Assembly (NCBI GenBank): GCA_000004695.1
Contig: CM000154.2
Span: 4,384,001 to 4,448,000, forward strand
DNA from: Dictyostelium discoideum
Lineage: Eukaryota
Reading direction: 5' to 3'
Length of the DNA stretch: 64,000 nt
Below the pieces are notes generated by a model. The model saw only the letters and a program-made list of their open reading frames with translations. It had not been told where the DNA came from and ran no database searches. How positions within the stretch are numbered: position 1 is the stretch's first letter; each line of letters begins with the position of its first letter. The translations under genes and the position numbers were made by a program. Positions 1 to 15,614 of the stretch are shown here, in pieces.

Positions 1-254
1 TTAATATTATTATTATTATTATTTATAATATTATTATTATTATTATTATAATTATTATTATAAACGCTTCTATTTCTATTATTTTGTTGCTGTTGTTGTC
101 TTTGATTATTTCTTGATGAATTATTATTTAAATTAAAACTTGAATTTGAATTTGATGTTGAAGATTGTCTATATATATTTAAATGATTTGATAGGAACGT
201 TTTAAATTTTAACCAAGGTATTGATTCATATATTATTATACTTGTAGTTTCGTC

Positions 255-305
<51 letters not shown>

Positions 306-1331
306 TTGATTATTATTATTTTGATTATTATTATTATTATTATTAATTAAAGAATCATCATTTTGTTGTAAATATTTTGAAGATGAAATCCAAAATTGTC
401 TACCATTTAAACTTGGTATATTATTTAAAATGATTTCAGATAATCTTGATCTAATTTCAATGAATGATGGTCTAATTGATGGATCATGTTTCCAACATAA
501 TCTAATTAAATCTTGAATACCTTTTGGTAAATGGTCCAATGGTAAATGTGATTCTCTTTCCATATCAGTTTTAATTTGTTTAACTTGTTCTCTTGATAAT
601 GATTCATATGGTAATGTCCAATTTAAACATTCCCATAACATTATACCAAATGAAAATACATCAACTGATTTATTAATTAAATTATTATTTTGATTATTAT
701 TACATAATAATTCTGGTGGTGAATATCTATATGATCCCATATTTAAACTATTATTATTATTATTTTGATTATTATTATTTAAAAATTTACTAATACCAAA
801 ATCAATTAATTTTAATTTATTATTTTTTGAATTTTTTAAAATATTTGAAGGTTTTAAATCGAAATGAATAATACCAATTTCATTGTGTAAATAAATCATA
901 GCATCAACAATTTGTTGAAAATCTTGAATTACTTTTAAAGGATTTGGTAATGATGATGATGGTGACAATGGTAGTGACTGACTTGGATATTTATCCAAAC
1001 TATTACCATCGATAAATTCTAATAATATAATTCTTTCAATGGTTGAATAAGTTATAATCTTTACAATATTTGGATGATTTAGTCTCTCCAATATTAAAAC
1101 TTCATTTTCAAACTCTTTTGAAATTAAACTACTACTTAATGATGGTTTGAACCTTTTCATTGCTGTACCCATATATTTATAAATTGAACATTGACCACCT
1201 TCACCAATTTTATTACTATCATTAAATATCTCCTCTAATCCATTATTTGGTAATAATGTTGTTGTATTATTTAATAGTTGTGTCCTTGGTGATATATTAT
1301 TATTATTTGATTGTTGTAACATTGAATTATT

Positions 1332-1371
<40 letters not shown>

Positions 1372-2337
1372 GATGGTGGTGGTGGTGGTAGTTGTTGTTG
1401 TTGTAATTGAATTAAATTTGGTAATAATGAAGAAGATGATGATAATGATGTTCTTAAACTATTTGACCTTATTAAATTTTGAATTGATTGAATTCTTTGT
1501 AATGGTGATGACGATGACGATGATGATGATAATGTTAATGGTGATGATGATAATGGTGATGATGAAATATTACTATTATTATTACTACTATTATTGATAG
1601 ATGATGATAATGATGATGTTGACAAACCACTTGATGAAGCTGATAATAATGAAGCTGATAATAATGATGTTGATAATAATGATGATGATGTTGAATTTGA
1701 CATTGAAAGTGATGATAATGATGAAAATGATGTATTATAACTAACACCACTATTATCTTTAATGGGTGAAATGGGTTTTTGTTGAAGTTGTTGCAGTTGC
1801 AGTTGCTGTAATAGTTCTTGTTGTTGATCTTTATATATTGGTTTTTTTGGTATTACTTTTGTTTCATATCTTTGTTCTATAATCTCAATCTCTTCTTTTT
1901 CTTTTTCTTTCCCTTTTTCTTTTCCTTTAATTGATTTATCACTATCTCTACTCTTTCCAATATCTTTTGTATTATCATCTTCTACGACATCGTCATCCTC
2001 TTCTTCATCACTATCTTCTTCATCCTCTTCATCCTCTTCATCATCATCATCTTCATCACTATCTTCTTTTATGAATGTTTGAAGGAATTTTAAGTTGAAT
2101 GGTTTATTCTAAATAAAAGAAATGTTAAAAATTTATGTTGGGGAAAAATAAAAAAAAATAAAAAAAAAAAAAATAAAAAAAACATACCAAATAGATAGTT
2201 TGTAACTTTCTAATTCTGGAATCAATAGTATCAAATAATATTTGTTTCTCTTTTGTTGACAATTGTTTAACTAATGCTATGAATGAATCTTTATCATCTT
2301 TTTTTAATATTAATATTTTCTTTTCAAATGAATTCAT
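1..2337 (-). CDS. Protein kinase (TKL-like) with an acidic/Ser/Gln-rich N-terminal region. Exon 1 is 2188..2337 and exon 2 is 2108..1, with an intron at 2109..2187. The 3' end of the gene runs off the window start, so the CDS is partial.
   Basis: True ATG at 2337, giving MNSFEKKILILKKDDKDSFIALVKQLSTKEKQILFDTIDSRIRKLQTIYL. A GTATGT donor follows at 2187-2182 and a tttatttAG acceptor at 2110-2109, after which phase 0 continues as NKPFNLKFLQTFIKEDSDEDDDD.... The same frame carries the kinase motifs GEGGQCS (Gly loop, around 1205), HFDLKPSNI (catalytic loop, around 866), LIDFGISKF (DFG, around 800), YSPPELL and DVFSFGIMLWE (TKL-like). The frame stays open through the poly-Asn tail to position 1. 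Confidence 0.7.
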
Positions 2338-2528
2338 TATTTATTTATTTATTTATTTTTAATTTTTTTTTTTTATAGTACATTTAATTTATATTTATAT
2401 TTATATTATAATATTTTTTATTTATTTTTTTTATTTTTTTATTTTTTTATTTTTTTTTTTTTTTATTTTGTTATTCTAAACTACATATATTTATTTTACA
2501 AGGGATGATAATACATACAAGAAGAAGG

Positions 2529-2579
<51 letters not shown>

Positions 2580-2583
2580 GTTC

Positions 2584-2626
<43 letters not shown>

Positions 2627-2962
2627 ACCTTCGAAACATCTTGCTCTAAAAATAGGAGTTTTTTTTTTTTTTCAAAAGAAGAACTGTGACATTGATCATT
2701 ATTTTTTTAATACGAAAATAATTTCTTTCAAATTAATATTTTATTTGAAAAATCTAAAAATAACATATTTTTTTATTTTTTTATTTTTTTTTTGTTTTAA
2801 AATTTTTTTTTTTTTTTAGTTACGTTTTGGAAAAAAAAAAAAAGATTTTTTAAAAATAGAAATATTATTACTAAGAATTAAAAAATTTCCTTAAATCGTT
2901 CATTTTGAATTATTATTTTTTTTATTTTGTTAAATTTTTTTAAATTTTATTTTTAATTATTT

Positions 2963-2999
<37 letters not shown>

Positions 3000-3154
3000 C
3001 TGATTTTTTTCTTGTGATTTGTTTTTTTTTTTTTTTTTTTTTTTTGTGAGAAAAAAAAAAAAAATCAAAATCCAAATTTTTTTTTTTTTTTTATAATCAA
3101 TTCAAAAAATAACAAATAAAAAATAATTAATTAAATAAATAATATTAAACAAAT

Positions 3155-3201
<47 letters not shown>

Positions 3202-3214
3202 ATAATTAATAATA

Positions 3215-5650
3215 ATGAAATCATTTTTAGAAATTACAGGAGAAAATGGTGATACACCAACAACAAGTTATTTATTTTCAGATTCTGATAGATATTTTTT
3301 TGATTGTGGTGATGGATTTCAAAGATTCATTAAAGGAAGGTCAAATATAACATTTGGTAAAATTAAATCAATATTCATAACATCATTATCATGGGATTGT
3401 ATTGGTGGGTTAATTGGTCTATTCTTAACTATGGCAGAATTGAATATTAAAGTTCGTTTATATGGTCCAAAAGGTTTACATAAATTATTTACATCATCAA
3501 GAGAATTTCAATATCAATTGAATGTAGAAATTTATGAAGTTGATTCAACAATAATTCAAACTATTAAAGATGATTCATTTACATTTTATACATTACCAAT
3601 TACTAATAAAAACAATAAAGATGATGATAATGATGAAATTAAATCGATTATTGATGAAAGTAAAACTCCAACTTTAGCATATTATGGTAGAAATCCACAA
3701 CCTATACCAACAACTATTGAGAATGATTATGAATATGAAGAAAGTTCAATAGTTTGTTATATTGGTATGACAAAAGATTTTAAAGGTAAATTCTATCCAG
3801 AGAAAGCTGTAGCATTAGGTGTACCAAAAGGTATTTCATTTAAACATTTACAAGATGGCAAATCTGTGACAAATAAAGATGGAGTTACAATTACACCTGA
3901 TCAAGTTATGGATAAATCGATTAAAGGTACAAAATTTGCAATCATTAGATGTCCATCAATTGAATATTTACCAAGTTTAAAATCACATCTTTCAATGTTT
4001 ACAGATATTCATATTGTAAATCATATAGTTCCAAATGAAGTTTTATCAAATTTAAATTATATTAAATTTATGGAAGATATTAATCAACAATCAACAGCAG
4101 CAGCAATTAATACAAAACATATTATTGTAAATAATGAAAATTGTGAAAGGGTTTCAGGTTGTCAATCATCTGATAATCAAATTTTAAAACTTCAAAAATT
4201 TATACCATCATTATTTCCAATGAAACAACAATCTAGTGAACATGATAGTTTAGTTAAATCAATTGAATTTTTAAATGATTCAAAAATATTAAAAGATCAA
4301 ATTAATGTTTTCCCATGTAAAGAAACTACAAATTTAATATTAGGTCCACCACAAAATGCAGGTGATATTGAATTTTTACCATTAAATAATAATAATAATG
4401 GCGAAGGTGGTGTTGATTCAAATGAAAATGAAGGTTCTTCTGATAATAAATCAATGGAAGAATTTATAAATACAGAACAAGGTCAATTATTTAAAAAACA
4501 ATTAGATCAACAAGTTGAACAATTAGAATCAAATCCAAATAAATGTTGTCATCCAAAAATATTATTCACAGGTACAGGTTCAGCAATACCAAGTAAATAT
4601 AGAAATGTTACAGGTAATTTCATAACATTGGCAGATGATCAAAATATTCTATTAGATGCAGGTGAAGGTACATTTGGTCAATTGTATCGTTTCTTTGGTC
4701 CAATTGAAGTGAAAAAGCAATTAATTAATTTGAAAATGATTTGGTTATCACATTTACATGCTGATCATCATTTAGGTATACCAAATATTTGTGAAAAAAG
4801 ACAACAATATGCTCAAGAATTAGGTTTAAAAGATAATGAATTAGAGCCATTAATTATAATTGGACCAGAGGCATTGATTCAATGGGTTAATGAATTATCA
4901 GTTATTGTAAATTTAAAATTCATTGGTATTGCTATCAATGGTAATCATTCAAATCAATTGGTACAAACTTGTAAGAAATTAAATATTAAATCATTTTCAA
5001 TGGTACCTGTAATTCATTGTAATTATGCTTTTGGTTTAGTTATTGAATGGAATGATGGATTCAAATTAACTTATTCAGGTGATACTCGTCCTTGTAAATT
5101 CCTATCTGAAATGGGTAAAGATTCATGTGTACAAATTCATGAAGCAACTTTTGAAGATGAAAAACAAATGGATGCTGTCTCAAAAAGACATTCAACTGTT
5201 GGTGAAGCTTTAGAAGTTGGTAGATTAATGAATTGTAAATTCTCTTTATTAACTCATTTTAGTCAACGTTATCCAAATTTAAAAATGGGTACATATAAAG
5301 ATACAAATTATGGTTTGGCAATTGATTTACTTCAAATTTCACCTTATCAATATCCATTAGTTTATAAAATGATTGAACCATTTTCTTTATTATTTGAAAA
5401 TGAAGCTCAAAAGAAATTAGATAAAAAATCAACTCAACCAACAACAACAAGTAAATCAAAATCTACAAAAACAGAAGATGAAAATAATACAATTGAAAAA
5501 GATGCTAAAAGATTAGAGAAATATCAAAATAAATATAAAGATGAAGTAATATTACCAGCTTATGTATATAATATTGATTCAAATTCTTTAACTTTAATAG
5601 AAAATACATTTGATGATTTATCAAGTCAACCTCAATTTGAAGATGATTAA
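3215..5650 (+). CDS. tRNase Z, long form (ELAC2-type tRNA 3'-processing endoribonuclease), 811 aa, apparently a single exon.
   Basis: ATG at 3215. C-terminal half has the metallo-beta-lactamase signature LFTGTGSAIPSKYRNVTGNFITL..LLDAGEGTFGQL and the HxHxDH motif LSHLHADHHLG. The N-terminal half is a degenerate pseudo-MBL domain (FDCGDGFQRF), as in long-form RNase Z. The length matches eukaryotic ELAC2. Confidence 0.85.
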   Translation: MKSFLEITGENGDTPTTSYLFSDSDRYFFDCGDGFQRFIKGRSNITFGKIKSIFITSLSWDCIGGLIGLFLTMAELNIKVRLYGPKGLHKLFTSSREFQYQLNVEIYEVDSTIIQTIKDDSFTFYTLPITNKNNKDDDNDEIKSIIDESKTPTLAYYGRNPQPIPTTIENDYEYEESSIVCYIGMTKDFKGKFYPEKAVALGVPKGISFKHLQDGKSVTNKDGVTITPDQVMDKSIKGTKFAIIRCPSIEYLPSLKSHLSMFTDIHIVNHIVPNEVLSNLNYIKFMEDINQQSTAAAINTKHIIVNNENCERVSGCQSSDNQILKLQKFIPSLFPMKQQSSEHDSLVKSIEFLNDSKILKDQINVFPCKETTNLILGPPQNAGDIEFLPLNNNNNGEGGVDSNENEGSSDNKSMEEFINTEQGQLFKKQLDQQVEQLESNPNKCCHPKILFTGTGSAIPSKYRNVTGNFITLADDQNILLDAGEGTFGQLYRFFGPIEVKKQLINLKMIWLSHLHADHHLGIPNICEKRQQYAQELGLKDNELEPLIIIGPEALIQWVNELSVIVNLKFIGIAINGNHSNQLVQTCKKLNIKSFSMVPVIHCNYAFGLVIEWNDGFKLTYSGDTRPCKFLSEMGKDSCVQIHEATFEDEKQMDAVSKRHSTVGEALEVGRLMNCKFSLLTHFSQRYPNLKMGTYKDTNYGLAIDLLQISPYQYPLVYKMIEPFSLLFENEAQKKLDKKSTQPTTTSKSKSTKTEDENNTIEKDAKRLEKYQNKYKDEVILPAYVYNIDSNSLTLIENTFDDLSSQPQFEDD

Positions 5651-5815
5651 AAAAAAAAAAATAATAATAAAAGAAATTTATTTTATTTTATTTTATTTAT
5701 TTATTCATTTATTAAAATTTGATATTACAATATTATTTATTCAAAAGAAAAAGTTATTTTTTTAGATTTTTAGTTTTTTTTTTTTTTTTAACCCTTACCT
5801 CCTTTTTATATTTTT

Positions 5816-7535
5816 TTAGAATTTTACAACTTTTACATCATCTAATAATTTGCAAACATCAAGAGATTGATTAAAATCATTTGATAAAATGATCTTTTTT
5901 ACAGACTTTGGAATTGAACCATTTAATAAAGGTTGTTTTAAATAACCTAAATGTAATTCTTCAACAGAATCTGGAATTATTGATGGTAATAAACATTGAT
6001 CAAATCCATTTTGTAATGAAATACATTTTACAGAATTTGGAATTGAACCTTCCAATAAATCTTTTTTAATAGCATGAATATCTAACCATTGGATACCATC
6101 TGGTACAATACCTGGTAATAAAACTTGATTAAAGTTACTACCGAATGTAATATTCTTAATTGTATTTGGTATTGAACCAAACATTAACTCTTTTTTAATA
6201 TCATGAATTGATAATACTACAACTTCATTTGAAATTACACCAGGTAGTAATTGATCGAATCCATCATTAATTGTTAAAAATTTTACTGATTTTGGAATTG
6301 ATCCTTCAATTAATGGTTTATCTAATTGAAAACAATGGATTGTTTTAATGGTTTCAGGTAATGTTCCTGGTGAAATAAATTGATTAAATCCATTCAATAA
6401 AATAATTGAATTGACATTTGGTCCAAATTTAAATTTTGATAAATTACCACAATCTTTACCAAATGCAATATTTGAAATGTTTTCATTTTCAATTGGGAAT
6501 GGGTAACTTTCTGAGTAGACATAAAATTTTAATCCATTATCTATTTTTTTTAATCAAAATAATTAAAAATTAATATCATTATTTTAATTTTATAATAATT
6601 GTTTTTAATTTATACATACAAGTTACATATCTGTAATTATCTTTATCAAATTGAATATTATTTTTATCATTTACATTTTCATTATTATTATTATCTTCTT
6701 GATTAATTTTATTTGAAACAATTTCATTTTTATTTTTTAAAGAAAAAAATGATTTAAATGATTCTTTTACATTATTAAGTTCATTATTATTAATGGTAAT
6801 AATATTATTTTTATAATTATCAGAAATTGTATTATTATTTTTTTCTTTTAATATAAGTAATGATTCTTGATATTTTTTAATAATATTTTTAATTTCTTTA
6901 TTAATTTCATTTTCATTTTCTTTTTCATTATCATTTTCTTTTTCTTTTTCATTTTCATTTGATAATTTTTTAATTTCATTTAAATTATTAATTGAAATTG
7001 AATTTTTAATACTTGATAATATTTGATCATAATTATTAATTGATGTTGTTATTGAAGAATTTAAATTTGAATTTTCTTCAAGTGTTGATTTTAATTGATT
7101 TTTTAAATCATTTTCAATGATGTTGATTAAATTATGAATTTTTTTAAATTCATTTGTTATTAATTCAATATTATTATCAAATTCATTTTTAATTTGATTA
7201 TATTTATTATTTGATAGATTTAATAAAATTTTATCATTTTTTATTGTTTCTGAAATTGTTGGATGAATTTTATTTTTGAAAATTTCAATTAATGATAAAA
7301 CATTGGTTTCATCCAATAGGTTTGCTTTATGACCTCTATGATGTTTATCACTTGTTAAACAATGAATGCAACATGGTATTAATTCACAATCTGAGCATAA
7401 AAATGTAATTTCATATTTTGGGTGTAATTGACATTTATTAATATTATTATTATTATTATAAATATTAATACTATTATCTTTATTATTAATTATATTATTT
7501 AAAACATTTTCATCAACAACATTATTTGAAATCAT
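5816..7535 (-). CDS. B-box zinc finger / coiled-coil / FNIP-repeat protein. Exon 1 is 7535..6620 and exon 2 is 6540..5816, with an intron at 6541..6619.
   Basis: ATG at 7535. A B-box-like Cys/His cluster follows: CQLHPKYEITFLCSDCELIPCCIHCLTSDKHHRGH. A long Asn/Glu/Lys-rich coiled-coil region comes next. A GTATGT donor at 6619-6614 (exon ends phase 1) joins an aaaaaaaatAG acceptor at 6542-6541. The junction codon t+at = Y gives ...DKDNYRYVT-Y-NGLKFYVYSESYPFPIEN.... Exon 2 carries repeated FNIP units (GFNQ.L..G.IP.S.. blocks) through to the stop at 5816. The ORF-track M at 6397 is a TTG, not a real start. Confidence 0.7.
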
Positions 7536-7769
7536 TTTATTGATAAATATACAATTATAATTTTATAACTTTAATAATAAAAATAAAAAATTATTTTTTG
7601 TGTTGAATAAAAAAAAAAAAAAATTTATTAATTATATATTATTAACGTAATTATTTCATAAAAAAAAAAAAAAAAAAAAAACAAATCAAAAAATTAAAAA
7701 ATATATTTAATAATGAAAAAAAAAGTGGTATAACCACATCAACACCCTCACACACAATTTCTGCGGGGC

Positions 7770-7789
7770 AAATTCATAATTATGAATTT
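7770..7789. promoter_or_regulatory. Perfect 20-bp palindrome in the promoter/3'-flank region between two minus-strand genes.
   Basis: The sequence aaattcataattatgaattt equals its own reverse complement. It is immediately preceded by the G/C-containing ctgcggggc. It lies about 235 bp upstream of the FNIP/B-box gene ATG at 7535. Confidence 0.2.
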
Positions 7790-8044
7790 ACCATTGTGTT
7801 AATATTATTATTTTTTACTAGCATTTAATTTTAAAATTTTTTTTTTTTTTTTAATAATAAAAATTTATTTGTTGGTGGGTAACAAAAAAAAAAAGTGTTT
7901 GGTATTCCAGTTTAAAATAATTAAATTATAATTTTTTTATTATTATTATTTTTTTTTTATTAAAAAAAATACTTGCATAATGATATGCTAAATATTTCCA
8001 TAATTATATTTATTTATATTGTTTTCTTATATTTTTTATTTTTT

Positions 8045-9418
8045 TTATTTTAATTTTTTAAAATTTTTTCTATAGATTTTATTATTTGGATTATATTCTG
8101 AACATTTTGGATCATTTTTAGGTGCAGGTTCACATAGGCAATAATAATCTAAATCATGATAAATATAAATACAAGGATCTTTTATAAAACAAACATTACC
8201 ACCTTCAAATATTTTAATATTTGAATTTTCATTAAAAATAGTAATATTCTTACAACCTGAATTTCTATTTACAAATCCTACTAAATTAAAATGATCAATA
8301 TATGTAACATTAATTAAATTATTTCTACCAATTAAAAATTTTAATGAATTTGGATCATTTCCAAAATAACCAACTGCTCTGAAAAATCCTATAAAAAAAA
8401 AAAAAAAATTTTATTATTTTATTAATTTAAAAATTAAAATAAATTATAATTATTATTTTTTTAAAAAAAAAATCACATACCTCCATTTGAATCTGGTTGA
8501 GTTTTAATTGAATCAATTGTAATTTGTTTTTTTTGATCACAATTTGGACCAATGTAGCCATATTTACAATGACATTCATAAAAACCACCACTAATATAAC
8601 CAAATTTACAATTTGATAAAGGTTTATATTCTGAAAAGTTCCAAATTATTTCATTTTGAATAATTTTAAATTGAAGAGGTTCATTATTATAATTTAATAA
8701 TTTACCAATATTACATCTAATTGTATAATTATTTCTTGATGTTATATTACATGGTTTATTATCAATTGTGATTCTATAAATTTGATTCTTGTAAAAGTAT
8801 CCTATCAACCTAACTTCTCCACCATCAACTTTTGCAGGTTTCAATTGAAACACTTCAGGTTTAAATTTTTCACAATTTTTACCAAAATAACCTGCTTCCC
8901 AACATATTCTTCTACCTGTTAATTCTGATAATGTAGTTTCACTACCACCACTACCACTACCACTACCACCATTTTTATATTCTATTGAATAATTTACTCT
9001 AGTATCTTCAAAAATAATTATATCTTTTAAATTATATGGATCTTTAAAATTGTAATCATCCAAAATTTTAACGATTGGATTTACTATATCACTTTTTTGA
9101 AAATAATCTGAACATCTTGGAAAACCTTTTAATGTTGGTTCACAAAGACAATAAAAATCTTTACTTTGATTATAATACATGTTATTACATCTGTTTGCAT
9201 CAAAACATAATAGATCATTACCACTAAATAATAATTCATTAGTTATTGAATCATAAATTGATATTTTCTTACATCCAATATCACCTTTAACAAAACCAAA
9301 AATTTCTCTAGAATCAATAAATGAAATATTTGCTCTATTATTATTATTATCACCAACTATAAAATTCATTGGGTTTGGATATTTACCAAAAAATCCAATT
9401 GCTCTAAAAAATCCTTTC

Positions 9419-9455
<37 letters not shown>

Positions 9456-10048
9456 AATATTTTAAAAATAAATAATTAATTAAATTATTTACCTCCTTTT
9501 TCTTCTGGTTGAGTTAAAATTTGATCAATTGAAATTGGTCTATCTTTATCACAATTTGTACCAACATATCCAAAATCACAAACACATTTTATAAAACCAC
9601 TTGTTATATAACCATTTTCACATTCTGGAAATGGTGTATATTCTGGATATGTCCAAATTATACCATTTTGATAAATTTTAAAATCTACAGGTTCATAATC
9701 TTTTAATTCACCGATATTACATTTAATAGAATAATTATCATATGATGTAATATTACATGGTATATTATCAATTGTAATTTTATATTCATTTTTATCATAA
9801 AAATAACCAACTAAACTAACTTCACCACCTTCAAGATTTGCAGGAACTAATTGAAAAACTTCTGGTTTTGTTTTTTCACAATTTGAACCATATCTTCCTT
9901 CTTGAGCACACGCTCTTAAATTATTTAATTCACTCGATTTTAAATCTGAAATAACATTTGTATCAATTGACCAACTACCTTGTGTTAAAATTATATTATA
10001 ATAATTATTAATTAATAATATTAAAAAATATAATTTTATAATATACAT
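8045..10048 (-). CDS. Secreted Cys-rich protein built from repeated EGF-like plus IPT/TIG-like modules. Exons are 10048..9493, 9413..8481 and 8388..8045.
   Basis: True ATG at 10048 with a signal peptide MYIIKLYFLILLINNYYNIILTQG. Both introns are phase 1: donor GGAG|GTAAAT at 9492 with acceptor gaaAG at 9415-9414, and donor GGAG|GTATGT at 8480 with acceptor tatAG at 8390-8389. The same module types recur. Module B reads GYFGKNCEK.KPEVFQL.PA..GGEV.L.GYFY....Y.ITIDN.PCNITS..NY.I.CNIG...Y....FKI.QN.IIW..EY.P...C..GYI.GGF..C.C..GY.G.NCD (EGF-like Cys spacing plus an IPT/TIG-like beta-sandwich motif) and appears in exons 1 and 2. Module A reads GFFRA.G.FG..PN...F..G.NN....ID......GFV....GCK.I.I........F.G......D...........YYCLCEP and appears in exons 2 and 3. 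Stop at 8047-8045. Confidence 0.7.
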
Positions 10049-10536
10049 TTTTTTTTTTTATTTTATTAATAATAATAAAAATAATAATAATAAAATTTTA
10101 TTATTATTATTTTTATTATTATTAATAAAATAAAAAAAATAATAAAATAAAAAAACGAATAAATAAAAAACTATAATAAAAAAAATAAATGAATAAATAA
10201 AAATAAAATTGAAAATAAATAATTACAATTAGTAATAGTAAAATTAATTATTTAAAATTTAAAATATGTGGGTTATTCTTTTTCAACAAAAAAATAAATT
10301 GTGGTTAATGTGTTTTAATTTTATTAATTTTTTTTTTTTTTTTTTTTTTAATGTCAATTCTTGAAATAGTAGTAATAGTATTAAAAGATTGAAATTATTA
10401 TTAAAAAATAAAAAAGTTAATTCTTTTAATTATTATCATTATTATTATTTTAAAAATTATTAACCTTTGGTATAAAAGTCATTTTATTATTATTATTATT
10501 ATTTATTTATTTTATTTTATTTTATTTTATTTTATT

Positions 10537-13916
<3,380 letters not shown>

Positions 13917-14718
13917 AATGAATTAATATTAATCTTTTATTACCACTAAAAAAAATAAATAAAAAAACAAATAAAAAAAAAAAAGTGTGGAAAAACCTTT
14001 TTTTTTTTTCTTGAAATTTATTTTTTAATTACGAAAAAAAAATAAAAAAAATAAAAATTAAAATTAAAATAAACTATTATTTCAAAATTTTGAAAAAAAA
14101 AGGAAATCCAATTATTTTGGTAATTTATTTTTAAAAAAAATGAGAAAATGTGGAAAAAAAAAAAATAAAAATATTCTATAAATAGAATTTGCTTTTTTTT
14201 ATTTACCATTAAATATAATAATATATAATAATATATAATATATATTATTATATATATAATAAACTCCACAAATTTTTTTTTTTTTTTATTTCATCAATGA
14301 AGAAATATATTTTTTTATTATTATTATTATTATTTTTATATTTATATTACTATTACTGTTATTTTGTGATTCGATGAAATTAATCCTAACCCTTAATTCG
14401 TTATTGTTATTGTTATTATTATTATTATTTTTTTAATTATTATTATTATACTATTTTCATTAATTTTTAATTTTATCTAAATATCCAATACCACATCGTG
14501 GTGTGTATGCGTGCGTGTGAGTATGCTTGATTTACTTTCTTTTTCTTTTTCTTTTTTTTTATTTTCTTTTTTTCTTTTTTCTTTTTTTCTTTTTTCTTTT
14601 TTTCTTTTTTTTTATTTTTTTCTTTTTTTATATTTTTTTTTTTTATTAATTTTGTGATGGGTGGTGGTCATTGAAAGGGGGAGGGGAAGTTTGATATGTT
14701 ATGTTGAGTGCACCGACC

Positions 14719-14749
<31 letters not shown>

Positions 14750-14764
14750 TTATTCTACTATCCA

Positions 14765-15048
14765 TTAATGACTGCTATTCATTTTTGCTAAAAATGCACC
14801 CCACCCTATATTACAAACATTCATAAAAGTAACTCTGTGTATGCTACTTATATAAGCGAAATTTACGAAATTGATGAATGGCCAAACCACACAATCTGAA
14901 ACATATGTTGTCAACCAATCCTTTTTAAGTTTTTCTACGATATCATCCTTTGATTTACCTTCTAAAATACCCATACCTAAAAATAAATAAATAAAAAAAT
15001 AATAATAATAATATTAAAAATAATTTATTATTTTAGTAAATTGAGAAT

Positions 15049-15098
<50 letters not shown>

Positions 15099-15614
15099 GG
15101 GTGTGTGGGTTGGTTGGAAAAAAAAAAAAAATGAAATTTCGAAAAGATTGGAATTGATTGAATATTGAAATTGATTTTTATAAATATATACCTGAAAAGA
15201 ATAAAAAATTAAAAACTGGTGAACAAACCACTTGATCAATTGTCAATTTTATAAAAGCATGTCTATATGATTTTTTAGGAAAATGTTTATCTAAATATTT
15301 AAACCAATAATGAAATAGTGGACCTGTAACAGCGAATCCAAACACTGCCATTCTCATTGACCTTTTGAAATCATATTTTTTATCTTTGTCTCTACTTAGT
15401 TCAATACCTTGTACTAATGAATCTGATATTAAATATAAAAAACCTGAAGTTACCGCCTAATAATAATAATAATAATAATAAAAATTAGTATTGGGAGAGA
15501 GAAAAAAAAAAAAAAAATAAACTTTATAATTACCTTTGTAGCCACTGGATATTTATGTAGTTGTGAAAGATAATGTGATTGAGCTAATTTTAAACCTACT
15601 AGTAATCGACTCAT
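14765..15614 (-). CDS. Mpv17/PMP22-family integral membrane protein (peroxisomal/mitochondrial inner-membrane type). Exons are 15614..15534, 15456..15192 and 14976..14765.
   Basis: ATG at 15614 gives MSRLLVGLKLAQSHYLSQLHKYPVATK|GTAATT. Acceptor ttattAG at 15458-15457. Exon 2 reads AVTSGFLYLISDSLVQGIELSRDKDKKYDFKRSMRMAVFGFAVTGPLFHYWFKYLDKHFPKK...FNFLFFSG, followed by the donor G|GTATAT at 15191 (phase 1) and the acceptor ttttAG at 14978-14977. Exon 3 reads MGILEGKSKDDIVEKLKKDWLTTYVSDCVVWPFINFVNFAYISSIHRVTFMNVCNIGWGAFLAKMNSSH, which is the family C-terminal signature (W.P..Q..NF......R......N..W...L). Confidence 0.7.

Noticed and set aside
2505-2819. ORF-track ORF of poly-Lys/Phe (MIIHTRRRKKKKKKK…).
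   Set aside because: It is a translation of A- and T-homopolymer intergenic sequence. It has no complexity and no splice or motif support.
6397-6397. Start codon M of the FNIP ORF (and similar M at 9420, 12689, 41361).
   Set aside because: The underlying codon is TTG; the ORF track uses alternative starts. These positions are internal to exons identified by upstream AG acceptors.
14521-14640. Long (TTTTTCTTTT)n polypyrimidine array as a possible gene or ncRNA.
   Set aside because: It is a simple-sequence repeat in the intergenic flank between the UBE2O-like promoter and the Mpv17 3' end, with no coding potential. Noted only as context for the adjacent G-rich patch.
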